Source of the DNA: an uncultured Dehalococcoidia bacterium
GTDB lineage: Bacteria; Chloroflexota; Dehalococcoidia; Lucifugimonadales; UBA3495
DNA: 64,000 nucleotides
Direction: 5' to 3'
Assembly: GCA_951812535.1 (NCBI GenBank)
Contig: CATOSK010000009.1
Span: 40,436 to 104,435 of the forward strand
This document shows positions 16,497 through 23,738 of this stretch, one piece after another (positions within the stretch are counted from its first letter, which is position 1; each line of letters opens with the position of its first letter). The notes below the pieces were generated by a model. It was not told the origin of the DNA and did no database searches. It saw only the letters and a list, made by a program, of their open reading frames with translations. A program made the position numbers and the translations under genes.

Positions 16497-17510
16497 CTAG
16501 CCTGCGGCTGACCGACTTTCCTTGGCTTGGAAAGCCGGCAGCACCTCCTCAATGCACCGGGTCAACTGCTCCTCAAGGCTCGGCCCGACGAAACGCAGCA
16601 CAGGTGTCTTACAGCCGGCTTCGATGTACGCCTGGATCTTCTCTGCAACTGCGTCAGGAGGACCCACCGCCAGCCACAACCTTGACCGTTCATCCGTGAT
16701 GGCCCCGGCGCCGTAGTATTCCGCCAGGAACTCCACTGACTCCCGGAACGCCCGGTCAGCGTCTTCGTTGATATTCACGTAGAGATGGAGGCATGAGTCC
16801 AGCGCCTCCGGGTCCCTTCCCAAATCCGCTGCGTATTCCCGTATCCTTCCGAACCGCTCCCTGAAAGTTTCTACCGGCGTCGCATCCGTCTGCCAGCCAT
16901 CGGCGTGGCGCGCCACCCGCCGCAGGATCCGGTTCACTGTGGCCTCGTCGGCCTGCCCCGGTTTTGGGTTCGCGGCAATCAGGATCGGCACCGGCTGCTG
17001 CACCGGTTTCGGCAGCAACTCCACGTCGTTGAACTGGTAGAACCGCCCGGAATGGGAAGCCCTGTCTTCTGACCACAGCTTCCGCAGGATTTTCACCCCT
17101 TCCACAACACGCCCGACCCGCTCCCGGGAACGCACTCCCATCGCTTCCAGCTCTGTCGCGAACTGCGGTCCGAACGTTTCGGACCCCCCGTTGCAGACCG
17201 CCAGAACCGTTCGCCCGCCGGACAGCACATCCAGGCTGGCCCACTGGATCGCGAATAACACGGGGTGACGCAGCGGAAAACTGGCCAGACAGATGGTCCC
17301 CAGTTTTACTCTTTGAGTGTGCGTGGCAATTGCGGATAGGGTCACCACCGACTCGATCCGTGGCTTGGACAGCAGGTTGTCCCCCACCCAGACGCTGTCG
17401 AACAGCCCGGAGTCCTCCGCTGTATGTGACGCCTTTATCAGGTCGTCCATCGTCGCCCGATTGAGGAGTACCGACCGGTTTGAAAGGCTTATCCCGAATT
17501 TCGTCGTCAT
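16497..17510 (-). CDS. LLM-class (luciferase-like) flavin/F420-dependent oxidoreductase
   Basis: The start was moved to ATG 17510 (MTTKFGISLSN...), because the ORF-track N-terminal extension runs through repeat R1. SVWVGDNLLSKPR and LLPKPVQQPVPILIA are LLM-typical. Confidence 0.8.
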   Translation of the reverse strand: MTTKFGISLSNRSVLLNRATMDDLIKASHTAEDSGLFDSVWVGDNLLSKPRIESVVTLSAIATHTQRVKLGTICLASFPLRHPVLFAIQWASLDVLSGGRTVLAVCNGGSETFGPQFATELEAMGVRSRERVGRVVEGVKILRKLWSEDRASHSGRFYQFNDVELLPKPVQQPVPILIAANPKPGQADEATVNRILRRVARHADGWQTDATPVETFRERFGRIREYAADLGRDPEALDSCLHLYVNINEDADRAFRESVEFLAEYYGAGAITDERSRLWLAVGPPDAVAEKIQAYIEAGCKTPVLRFVGPSLEEQLTRCIEEVLPAFQAKESRSAAG

Positions 17511-17570
17511 ACTGCGTCCCTCAGAAGGTGTGTGACAAATACTAGGTTGCCATCTCGCCAATCCTGCGAC

Positions 17571-17655
17571 GGAGCCGCCCAGCGCTCTTAATGAGCCTCC
17601 GCCCGCGTAGGCGGGTGTTGCCGATGAAGGGCGCGAAAGCGGCGACCCTTTAATC
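17571..17655 (+). repeat. GC-rich repeat family R1, single copy with an inserted cgcgtaggcg hairpin
   Basis: ggagccgcccagcgctctta...cctccgcccgcgtaggcggg...gggcgcgaaagcggcgacccttta shares both ends with the 3701-3823 units. Confidence 0.75.
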
Positions 17656-17765
17656 AAGGGAGTCCAGACCCCCGTCCACCTTGGGAGGGAAGGTCTATTC
17701 CAGAGGGGACGCCTGGTCTCACACATCCCCTCGCGTCTCGCCGGATTTGGCTCCCTCCGCCCAGG

Positions 17766-18281
17766 TCAGTTGGAGGACTCAAGCGCCAACGTGGCGTACC
17801 GCAGGAAAATCCCGCCCCGAGGGTTGGCCAGCGGTCCATTGAGAGCCAGGCACGCAATGATGAACCGCTCGCCGGGCTGGGCGCTACCGCTTATCTCCAC
17901 CCGGTGTTGCGCGTTCAAACCGGCTATGGAACCTGTGGTGCGGTCGATCTCCCCGTTGACCCATACTTCTCCATAGTTGTCGAAGTTGGTCTCAAAAAAC
18001 ACCCGGGATCCGGCGACATCATTGCCGTCCACCTGGCCCGGGATTGTCACCGCAGTCCGGTACCAGGCGAAGGTGAATCCTTCCGACAGGCTCTGCCGGA
18101 TGTTGGGACAAACGTCCCACGACGAGTCGTCATAGTCGGCCAGCCTCGCCGGCGTGGAAAGCAGCCGGGCGGTCAGGCCCTCGTTGTCCGCCCCGGGAAC
18201 CAGCCCGGTTGCTACGCGCCATTCGGCGCCGGCTGCCGCCCGGCCGGAGTCACTGTTCAAATCCAGCGCGAATCTCGGCAT
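17766..18281 (-). CDS. Stand-alone galactose-binding-domain-like protein (GH2 N-terminal sugar-binding-like)
   Basis: 171 aa. DDSSWDVCPNI...FAWYRTAVTIP...RVFFETNFDNYGEVWVNGEIDRTTG resembles the W..V..P...AWYR...L.F..v...a.VwvNG pattern of GH2_N-like jelly-rolls. Confidence 0.5.
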   Translation of the reverse strand: MPRFALDLNSDSGRAAAGAEWRVATGLVPGADNEGLTARLLSTPARLADYDDSSWDVCPNIRQSLSEGFTFAWYRTAVTIPGQVDGNDVAGSRVFFETNFDNYGEVWVNGEIDRTTGSIAGLNAQHRVEISGSAQPGERFIIACLALNGPLANPRGGIFLRYATLALESSN

Positions 18282-18355
18282 CTTTCGTCTCTCCTTATCG
18301 GGAAATAGTTGGGGAGCCTCTGGGCAAGTCCCATCCCCCTGGACGGGCGAAGGTT

Positions 18356-18416
18356 AGGATGGGAGTGATGGCACACCTTATACCTTAAAACCGTCGCTGC
18401 CGCACTGATGACTTGT
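18356..18416. repeat. Dispersed intergenic repeat family R3, copy 2
   Basis: See 2378-2464. Both terminal blocks are shared. Confidence 0.75.
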
Positions 18417-18461
18417 GCGTAGGTTCTTCGGCTGGTTTCTCAACTTCCTTGTCTTCCCTGT

Positions 18462-19271
18462 TTACCGGCCGAGATTCCACATGGCCGTCGCTGCATCACC
18501 GAATATCAACCCTGCCTCTCCCATGCCTCTCGCTTCCACTCTTTCCTTGGCAAACCGCAGGGCATTGGCATATCCCTCCCGGTTGGCCACCGGCGGGAAG
18601 TCGCTTCCCCACATCAGCCGTTCTGCCCCGAAGGCATCTACGCCCATCTCTATGAGCGGAGGGACCTCTGCAAATGGGTAAGGCTGTTGGAAAGGCATCG
18701 GCCGGGCGCAAAACTCCCCCAATCCGGGAATCTTCATGAACGCGTTGGGGTACTGCGCCAGCTCCAGCACCTTCCGGTAGGCATCATACGGTATCTCCCG
18801 GTCGGCCCGGCCCGGACCCCAGAAAGCGCCAACCCCTCCCAGGTGTTCTATGACCACTCTCAGGTCAGGCAGTTCCCTGACAATATCCTCGAACTCCTGG
18901 GAGGCGTACCCTTCCACCGGGCCCATCACGCTCGCGATCATCCCCAGATCAGCGGCTTTGCGCCAGACTGCCAGCGGATCGGGGCCGGGCGAACGCATCG
19001 AGGTGGTGAACCGGACCCCCTCCACTCCTTGGGAATTGAGTTCAGCCAATTGCTGCGTTGCCGCCGGGTCTTCCACATCTACCAGGCCTATCACTGAGAA
19101 CCGGCCCGGAAACCGGCGCATGCACTCCACGAGGTACGAGTTGTCGTAAACCCCGAAGAATTGTGTCAGGACCGCATGGTCGACGCCGTTGCGGGCCATC
19201 TCGTCCAGGAGCACCTCAACCGGCTCGAACCAGTAGGGTGACGCGTGGCAATGAGTATCAACTATCGCCAT
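18462..19271 (-). CDS. Amidohydrolase-2 (TIM-barrel metal-dependent hydrolase) family protein
   Basis: ATG 19271 is preceded by ggagg. MAIVDTHCH (HxH metal motif), VIEHLGG and MWGSDFP match the amidohydrolase_2 family. Confidence 0.8.
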   Translation of the reverse strand: MAIVDTHCHASPYWFEPVEVLLDEMARNGVDHAVLTQFFGVYDNSYLVECMRRFPGRFSVIGLVDVEDPAATQQLAELNSQGVEGVRFTTSMRSPGPDPLAVWRKAADLGMIASVMGPVEGYASQEFEDIVRELPDLRVVIEHLGGVGAFWGPGRADREIPYDAYRKVLELAQYPNAFMKIPGLGEFCARPMPFQQPYPFAEVPPLIEMGVDAFGAERLMWGSDFPPVANREGYANALRFAKERVEARGMGEAGLIFGDAATAMWNLGR

Positions 19272-19425
19272 GTACCAAACCTCCTTCCGGAGCCACCAGA
19301 TGCAGACATCCACCCAGTCCTGGCTCCTGCCTCGACGGCCCTAAAGTAATCGCGCTGCCGGAACGTGTCAATTGCCCCGGGCAGGGCCAGGTGAAGCTCC
19401 CCACTGGGCTCTTATGGATGCGTGC

Positions 19426-19845
19426 TTATGGAGATGAGGTCTGTGTTTCCCGATCGCGCCGCCGCAGACGGGCGAACATCGCACCCAGGCAAGCCATGCT
19501 TCCCGTGTACACAACGAAGATCGCCGAACCAATGCCAATCAGGACCACTACCCTGGCGGAAAAATCGAACCAGCCCCAAGCCTGTGACGCGGCGGCGAGT
19601 CCGGCCACGACCAACCCAACCGGAACAAAGCTCACCAGGCCGAGCGTCAGGCCGTACCGGAGGGCCAGCGCCGCATCGGACTCGTCCCTGCCGTCAGCGT
19701 AGGAAATCCCGAAGTACCCCGCAATAAACGGGCCCAGCGGCCCCAGCACAAAATGCGCGATTGGAATCATCCAGCAGACCACCATGATGCCCAGGCCAAC
19801 CAATATCCCTTTCAGCATCCTGCCTCCCAACGGATGATTCTTCAT
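19426..19845 (-). CDS. Hypothetical small integral membrane protein
   Basis: 139 aa with ~4 hydrophobic helices (ILVGLGIMVVCWMIPIAHFVLGPLGPFIAGYFGI...). No recognisable family. Confidence 0.5.
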   Translation of the reverse strand: MKNHPLGGRMLKGILVGLGIMVVCWMIPIAHFVLGPLGPFIAGYFGISYADGRDESDAALALRYGLTLGLVSFVPVGLVVAGLAAASQAWGWFDFSARVVVLIGIGSAIFVVYTGSMACLGAMFARLRRRDRETQTSSP

Positions 19846-19859
19846 CGATGGGCCCGCCC

Positions 19860-19887
19860 GGAACCCGTCTCCTGGAACCCGTCTCCT
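19860..19887 (+). repeat. Perfect tandem duplication, 2 x 14 bp
   Basis: ggaacccgtctcct ggaacccgtctcct, immediately followed by ggattataat (a -10-like TATAAT at 19892-19897), upstream of the HAD gene. Confidence 0.9.
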
Positions 19888-19952
19888 GGATTATAATTGC
19901 GGCACCCTCCCGCCGACAGAGGCAGGGGAATCCGTCCCCGCGGAGGACAAGT

Positions 19953-20672
19953 ATGGAATCAACTTCCCCTACCTCCAATTTTCAGGACAACATCAACACC
20001 CTTGCCTTCGACATTTTCGGCACTGTAATCGACCTCGCCGGCAGTCTCATCCCTCCAGCCGAGTCCTTCCTCCGCCAATGCGGGTCGGACCTCTCCGGGG
20101 CCGAATTCTGGCAGGATTGGCGGGCACGCCAACGCATCGAGCAATACCAGGACAACCTCTTGCTCCTTGGCCACAGTGGGTATCTCGAGACCTGCCGCCG
20201 CTCGTTCGTGTACTGCCTGAAGCTTCGCGGTGTGGAGTTCACTGATGACGCCGTGGACGATTTCATGCACGTGTACCGCGGCCTCCGGCCGTACCCTGAC
20301 GCCGTCGCCGGGCTTCGCGAACTGGGAGAACGGTACTCCCTCGTCGCCCTGTCCAACGGAGAGGAATGGTTCCTGCAGCATCTGGCCGAAAACAACATCC
20401 GGGTCCCGTTCAACGAGATAATCTCTGTGGAGTCAGTGGGCGCCTTCAAACCCCATCCTGCCGTCTACCGCAAAGCCGCCCAGACCCTCGGAGTCTCCCC
20501 CGGGGAGATAATGATGGTGGCCGCCCATTCCTTTGACATCCTGGGAGCGCGGGCCTGCGGGTTCCGCGGCGCCTACGTAAACCGTTACGGCCTCCCCACC
20601 GAGGAAAATTTCTTCCAGCCCGACCTGGAAGTCGCCGACTTCCATGAATTGTCGAAGGTCCTTCTCGCCTAG
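19953..20672 (+). CDS. Haloacid dehalogenase type II / HAD-superfamily hydrolase
   Basis: ATG 19953 is preceded by ggagga. AFDIFGTVID (motif I), LSNG, FKPHPAVY and MMVAAHSFDILGA fit type II HAD dehalogenases. Confidence 0.8.
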   Translation: MESTSPTSNFQDNINTLAFDIFGTVIDLAGSLIPPAESFLRQCGSDLSGAEFWQDWRARQRIEQYQDNLLLLGHSGYLETCRRSFVYCLKLRGVEFTDDAVDDFMHVYRGLRPYPDAVAGLRELGERYSLVALSNGEEWFLQHLAENNIRVPFNEIISVESVGAFKPHPAVYRKAAQTLGVSPGEIMMVAAHSFDILGARACGFRGAYVNRYGLPTEENFFQPDLEVADFHELSKVLLA

Positions 20673-20720
20673 TTCCGGTACTGGCTGTACTGACGTCACC
20701 GCAGCCTATTTCCCCGTCAC

Positions 20721-20778
20721 CCCCGCGCAGAGCCTGCCCCGCCGCGTAGGCGGGGACGGTGGAAGGGGCCCAGACCCC
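20721..20778 (-). repeat. GC-rich repeat family R2 (inverted copy)
   Basis: The reverse complement, ggggtctgggccccttccaccgtccccgcctacgcggcggggcaggctctgcgcgggg, aligns with 33681-33733. Confidence 0.8.
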
Positions 20779-20913
20779 TCCGGGCCCTTCCGACAACTGC
20801 GGGCCCCGAAGCGGAACCTTGCGATTGCCCCGACCGGCCGGTTCGCCCAATGGCAACCCCATCCACCCGGTGCTATAATCTCTTCAAGGGTATACCCGTC
20901 GGAGGTGGGGACA

Positions 20914-21351
20914 ATGCGAATCCCCATGCGTGTTGATTACGGCGTCCGGGCCTTGGTCGAGCTGGCCATGCATTTCGGGGAGGGCCAGGTCCAGACGGCG
21001 GAAATCGCCTACAAGCAGGGCATCCCCGAAGCCTACCTGGAACAGCTCATGACCACCCTCAACAAGTTCGGCCTCGTTCGCAGCCGACGCGGTCCCCAAG
21101 GAGGTCATTCCCTGGGAATGGAACCCTCTGAAATCACCTTGAGCATGGTCATGAACACCCTCGAAGGCAATTCCTCTCCTCTGGACTGTTTCACCTCCCC
21201 CAGCGATTGCGTGTTTGCTGACTCCTGCGCCCAGCAGGAGGTCTGGAAGTCTGTCGAGGACTCCATCCAGAGCGTCCTCAGCAACACCACCTTGGCCCAC
21301 ATCACCCAGCGGCAGAGTTACCTCAGCGGACAGGGAATGTATCAGATTTAG
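20914..21351 (+). CDS. Rrf2-family transcriptional regulator (IscR/CymR-like)
   Basis: ATG 20914 follows ggaggtgggg. RVDYGVRALVELA and EIAYKQGIPEAYLEQLMTTLNKFGLVRSRRGPQGGH form the wHTH. The CFTSPSDCVFADSC three-Cys cluster is typical of Fe-S-binding Rrf2 members. Confidence 0.85.
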   Translation: MRIPMRVDYGVRALVELAMHFGEGQVQTAEIAYKQGIPEAYLEQLMTTLNKFGLVRSRRGPQGGHSLGMEPSEITLSMVMNTLEGNSSPLDCFTSPSDCVFADSCAQQEVWKSVEDSIQSVLSNTTLAHITQRQSYLSGQGMYQI

Positions 21352-21399
21352 CCATCAAGCCGGCAGGGTGAAGCGGACCCTTGCTTTCCCGCCGCCGCC

Positions 21400-21428
21400 T
21401 TGACAACCCGGAACAGCGTAAGTAGACT
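21400..21428 (+). promoter_or_regulatory. Sigma70-like promoter (TTGACA-N17-TAGACT)
   Basis: ttgaca at 21400-21405, a 17-nt spacer, tagact at 21423-21428. It lies between the Rrf2 stop and the E1-like gene. Confidence 0.55.
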
Positions 21429-21439
21429 CGAAAACGCCG

Positions 21440-21570
21440 ATGAAACGGGACAACTATATATTCGGGTGTACCTGTCTTCTAACATAGGGAGCAGGTGCTG
21501 AAAGCTGGATCGTTTGGCCTGCGCCCATTGGACATGGGCCCCCGTCTAGGGGGGGATCGCAGGCTTTTTG
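21440..21570 (+). promoter_or_regulatory. Leader with a 15-codon mini-ORF (MKRDNYIFGCTCLLT) and a terminator-like composite hairpin
   Basis: The mini-ORF runs from ATG 21440 to TAG 21485-21487 and holds two Cys codons. Outer stem gcctgcg (21517-23)/cgcaggc (21558-64) encloses gcccat..atgggc and ccccc..ggggg hairpins, followed by tttttgtttgccgggtttttt. It sits 70 nt before the E1-like start. Confidence 0.45.
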
Positions 21571-21640
21571 TTTGCCGGGTTTTTTCTCTTGTAATGAATC
21601 AAACCAAACGGGCTGATTGGCCCCGGGGAGGTCGACAAAT

Positions 21641-22483
21641 ATGACGCAGCAACCCTTGGTCATGACTCCGGACCAGGTGAAGCGGTACAGCCGCCACATT
21701 ATCATGGGCGACGTGGGCAGCGTGGGACAGCGCAAGCTCATGCAGGCCAAAGCCTTGATCATTGGCGCCGGCGGACTTGGCTCCCCGGCCGCGGTTTACC
21801 TGTCGTTGGCCGGTGTCGGTACTGTCGGGTTGGTGGACTTCGATGTCGTGGAATTGTCCAACCTCCAGCGCCAGATCCTCCACCACACCCCCGACGTCGG
21901 CCGCCCCAAGCTGGAATCCGCCCGGGACAACATCCACGCCTACAACCCCGACGTGAATGTCGTACTGCACGAGGTCCGGCTGGAGTCCGACAATGCCATG
22001 GACATCATCAGCCAGTATGACCTCGTCGTGAACGGAGCCGACAACTTCGCCACCCGTTACCTCGTAAACGACGCATGTTATTTGCTCAACAAACCCCTGG
22101 TCGACGGCAGCATCCTCATCTTCGACGGACAGGCCACGGTCTTCCTTCCGGGCCAGGGCTGCTACCGGTGTCTCTTCCCCTCTCCCCCCCCTCCGGGAAT
22201 GGTGCCCAACTGCGCCGAGGCCGGAGTGCTGGGAGCCTTGACTGGACTGGTCGGAAGCATCCAGGCCACCGAGGCCCTCAAGCACTTCCTCGGCATCGGC
22301 GACTCCCTCAGTTCCAGGCTCCTCCTCATTGATGCCCTCTCCATGAACTTCCGCGAGGTTAAACTCAAGCGTAACCCCAACTGCCCTCTTTGCGGGGATA
22401 ACCCGACGGTCACCGAGCTCATCGACTACGAAGTCTTCTGCGGTGTCGCCGCACCCGAGGGCATCGGAGCCGCCCACGATTAG
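21641..22483 (+). CDS. ThiF/MoeB/HesA-family E1-like adenylyltransferase
   Basis: RYSRHI, the nucleotide loop LIIGAGGLGSPAAVYLSLAGVG, LVDFDVVELSNLQRQ, CYRC...CPLC zinc motifs and the PNCAEAGVLG loop are present. No rhodanese domain. ATG 21641 is preceded by ggagg. Confidence 0.85.
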   Translation: MTQQPLVMTPDQVKRYSRHIIMGDVGSVGQRKLMQAKALIIGAGGLGSPAAVYLSLAGVGTVGLVDFDVVELSNLQRQILHHTPDVGRPKLESARDNIHAYNPDVNVVLHEVRLESDNAMDIISQYDLVVNGADNFATRYLVNDACYLLNKPLVDGSILIFDGQATVFLPGQGCYRCLFPSPPPPGMVPNCAEAGVLGALTGLVGSIQATEALKHFLGIGDSLSSRLLLIDALSMNFREVKLKRNPNCPLCGDNPTVTELIDYEVFCGVAAPEGIGAAHD

Positions 22484-22529
22484 GTTACGGACTTTGCTCC
22501 AGACCTCATAAGCGACTCTAGACAGGATT

Positions 22530-23480
22530 ATGGTGACGAACCTGGCCTACAAGGGAATCCTGGCCACCATCGGCAACACCCCGGTGGTGGAGCTGCAGAA
22601 CATGAGCCCCAGGGAAGGGGTGCGGATTTACGCCAAGCTGGAGGGCCAAAACCCCACCGGCAGCGTCAAGGATCGCATCGCCCTGAAGATGATCGAGCGC
22701 GCCGAGCGGGATGGGGAGATTTCTCCCAGCCGGACGATCCTCGAACCCACCAGCGGCAACACCGGCATCGCTTTGGCCATGATTGGCCGCATCAAGGGGT
22801 ACAAGGTCACCGTGGTCATGCCGGAGAACGTCAGCGAGGAACGCACCCAGCTCCTGGAAGCCTACGGTGCCAGCATCATCTATTCCGACGGAGCGCTGGG
22901 CACCAACGGCTCCATCGACGTTGCCCACGAGGTCGTCGCCAAGCACCCTCACGACTATCTCATGATGTACCAATACGGCAACCAGGGAAACCCGGAAGCC
23001 CATTATGAGGGGACTGGACGGGAAATCGTGGAGGCGCTGCCCGGTGTGGACATGTTTGTTGCTGGCCTTGGAACCGGCGGCACCCTCATGGGGGTTGCCC
23101 GCCGCCTCAAGGAACACAACCCCGACATCAAGATCGTCGCCGTCGCCCCCGAACCCGACGACTTCATATCCGGGCTACGCCGGCTCGAGGACGGGTTCAT
23201 CCCCCCCATTCTCGACCTTAACTTACTGGATGCCCGGATGATGGTCGGCAGCTTCTACGCCTTCCGCACCACCCGAGACCTGCTCGAAAAAGAGGGCATC
23301 TTCGCCGGCATTTCCTCAGGATCCGTCGTGCACGCCGCCATCCGCCAGGCAGAACGTCTTGAACAGGGCAACATTGTCTGCCTTCTGGCCGACGGCGGAT
23401 GGAAGTACCTCAGCACCAGCCTCTGGACCAAGGACTACGAACAGTTGGAGGCTGAATCCAGGGGCAAAATCTGGTGGTAA
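22530..23480 (+). CDS. PLP-dependent cysteine synthase, CysM/CysK family
   Basis: 316 aa. NPTGSVKDR (PLP lysine), the TSGNTG loop and GTGGT are present. It lies directly downstream of the E1-like gene. Confidence 0.85.
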   Translation: MVTNLAYKGILATIGNTPVVELQNMSPREGVRIYAKLEGQNPTGSVKDRIALKMIERAERDGEISPSRTILEPTSGNTGIALAMIGRIKGYKVTVVMPENVSEERTQLLEAYGASIIYSDGALGTNGSIDVAHEVVAKHPHDYLMMYQYGNQGNPEAHYEGTGREIVEALPGVDMFVAGLGTGGTLMGVARRLKEHNPDIKIVAVAPEPDDFISGLRRLEDGFIPPILDLNLLDARMMVGSFYAFRTTRDLLEKEGIFAGISSGSVVHAAIRQAERLEQGNIVCLLADGGWKYLSTSLWTKDYEQLEAESRGKIWW

Positions 23481-23615
23481 CCCATTGGATGGACCGCCAA
23501 GAACTTACCCAAGGAAATAGTTGGAAACAGGGTATACAGGTATCGGACTGCGGCATCTGCATGGTGGTATCTTTCGTATGCGACAGCCCTGCCAACCATG
23601 AACCGTAACTTGAAA
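23481..23615 (-). repeat. Dispersed repeat family R4, copy B (inverted)
   Basis: See 3209-3376. It starts immediately after the cysM-like stop and abuts the -35 of the predicted nusA promoter. Confidence 0.8.
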
Positions 23616-23638
23616 CCGCCCCAAGGCGATGATATAAT
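23610..23638 (+). promoter_or_regulatory. Sigma70-like promoter of the nusA operon (TTGAAA-N17-TATAAT)
   Basis: ttgaaa at 23610-23615, a 17-nt spacer, tataat at 23633-23638. It is ~100 nt upstream of the nusA ATG. Confidence 0.6.
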
Positions 23639-23660
23639 TTGCATCGGCAGTTCGGTCTCG

Positions 23661-23688
23661 AAAGCGGGTTAACCCCGCTTTCTTGCTT
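23661..23688 (+). promoter_or_regulatory. Terminator-like hairpin in the nusA leader
   Basis: aaagcggg-ttaac-cccgcttt (8-bp perfect stem) followed by cttgctt. It is located ~+17 to +45 relative to the predicted start site. Confidence 0.4.
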
Positions 23689-23738
23689 GAAGGGCCATTG
23701 CCCATAATGGGACGCTTGCAGTAACGGGGGAATGCGGA

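Noticed and set aside
16497-17726. N-terminal extensions given by the ORF track for the LLM oxidoreductase. The same issue applies to 32740-33480 (NUDIX), 30610-32604 (gyrB), 61462-62622 (recA), 19848-20672 (HAD), 20644-21351 (Rrf2) and 50513-51655 (kinase-like).
   Set aside because: The extensions have no similarity to the families, cross intergenic repeats, and are followed by internal ATG codons that give canonical N-termini, several with SD-like sequences. The shorter coordinates were used.
21440-21570. Assignment of the leader to SAM-I/SAM-II/SAM-IV, TPP or T-box classes.
   Set aside because: Only a vague resemblance exists (aggtgctgaaagc versus the AAGGUGCUAAA of SAM-I). The other conserved cores (GGAGGGA..GGCCC, CUGAGA..ACCUGAUC) are absent. 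It is left as an unclassified attenuator candidate.
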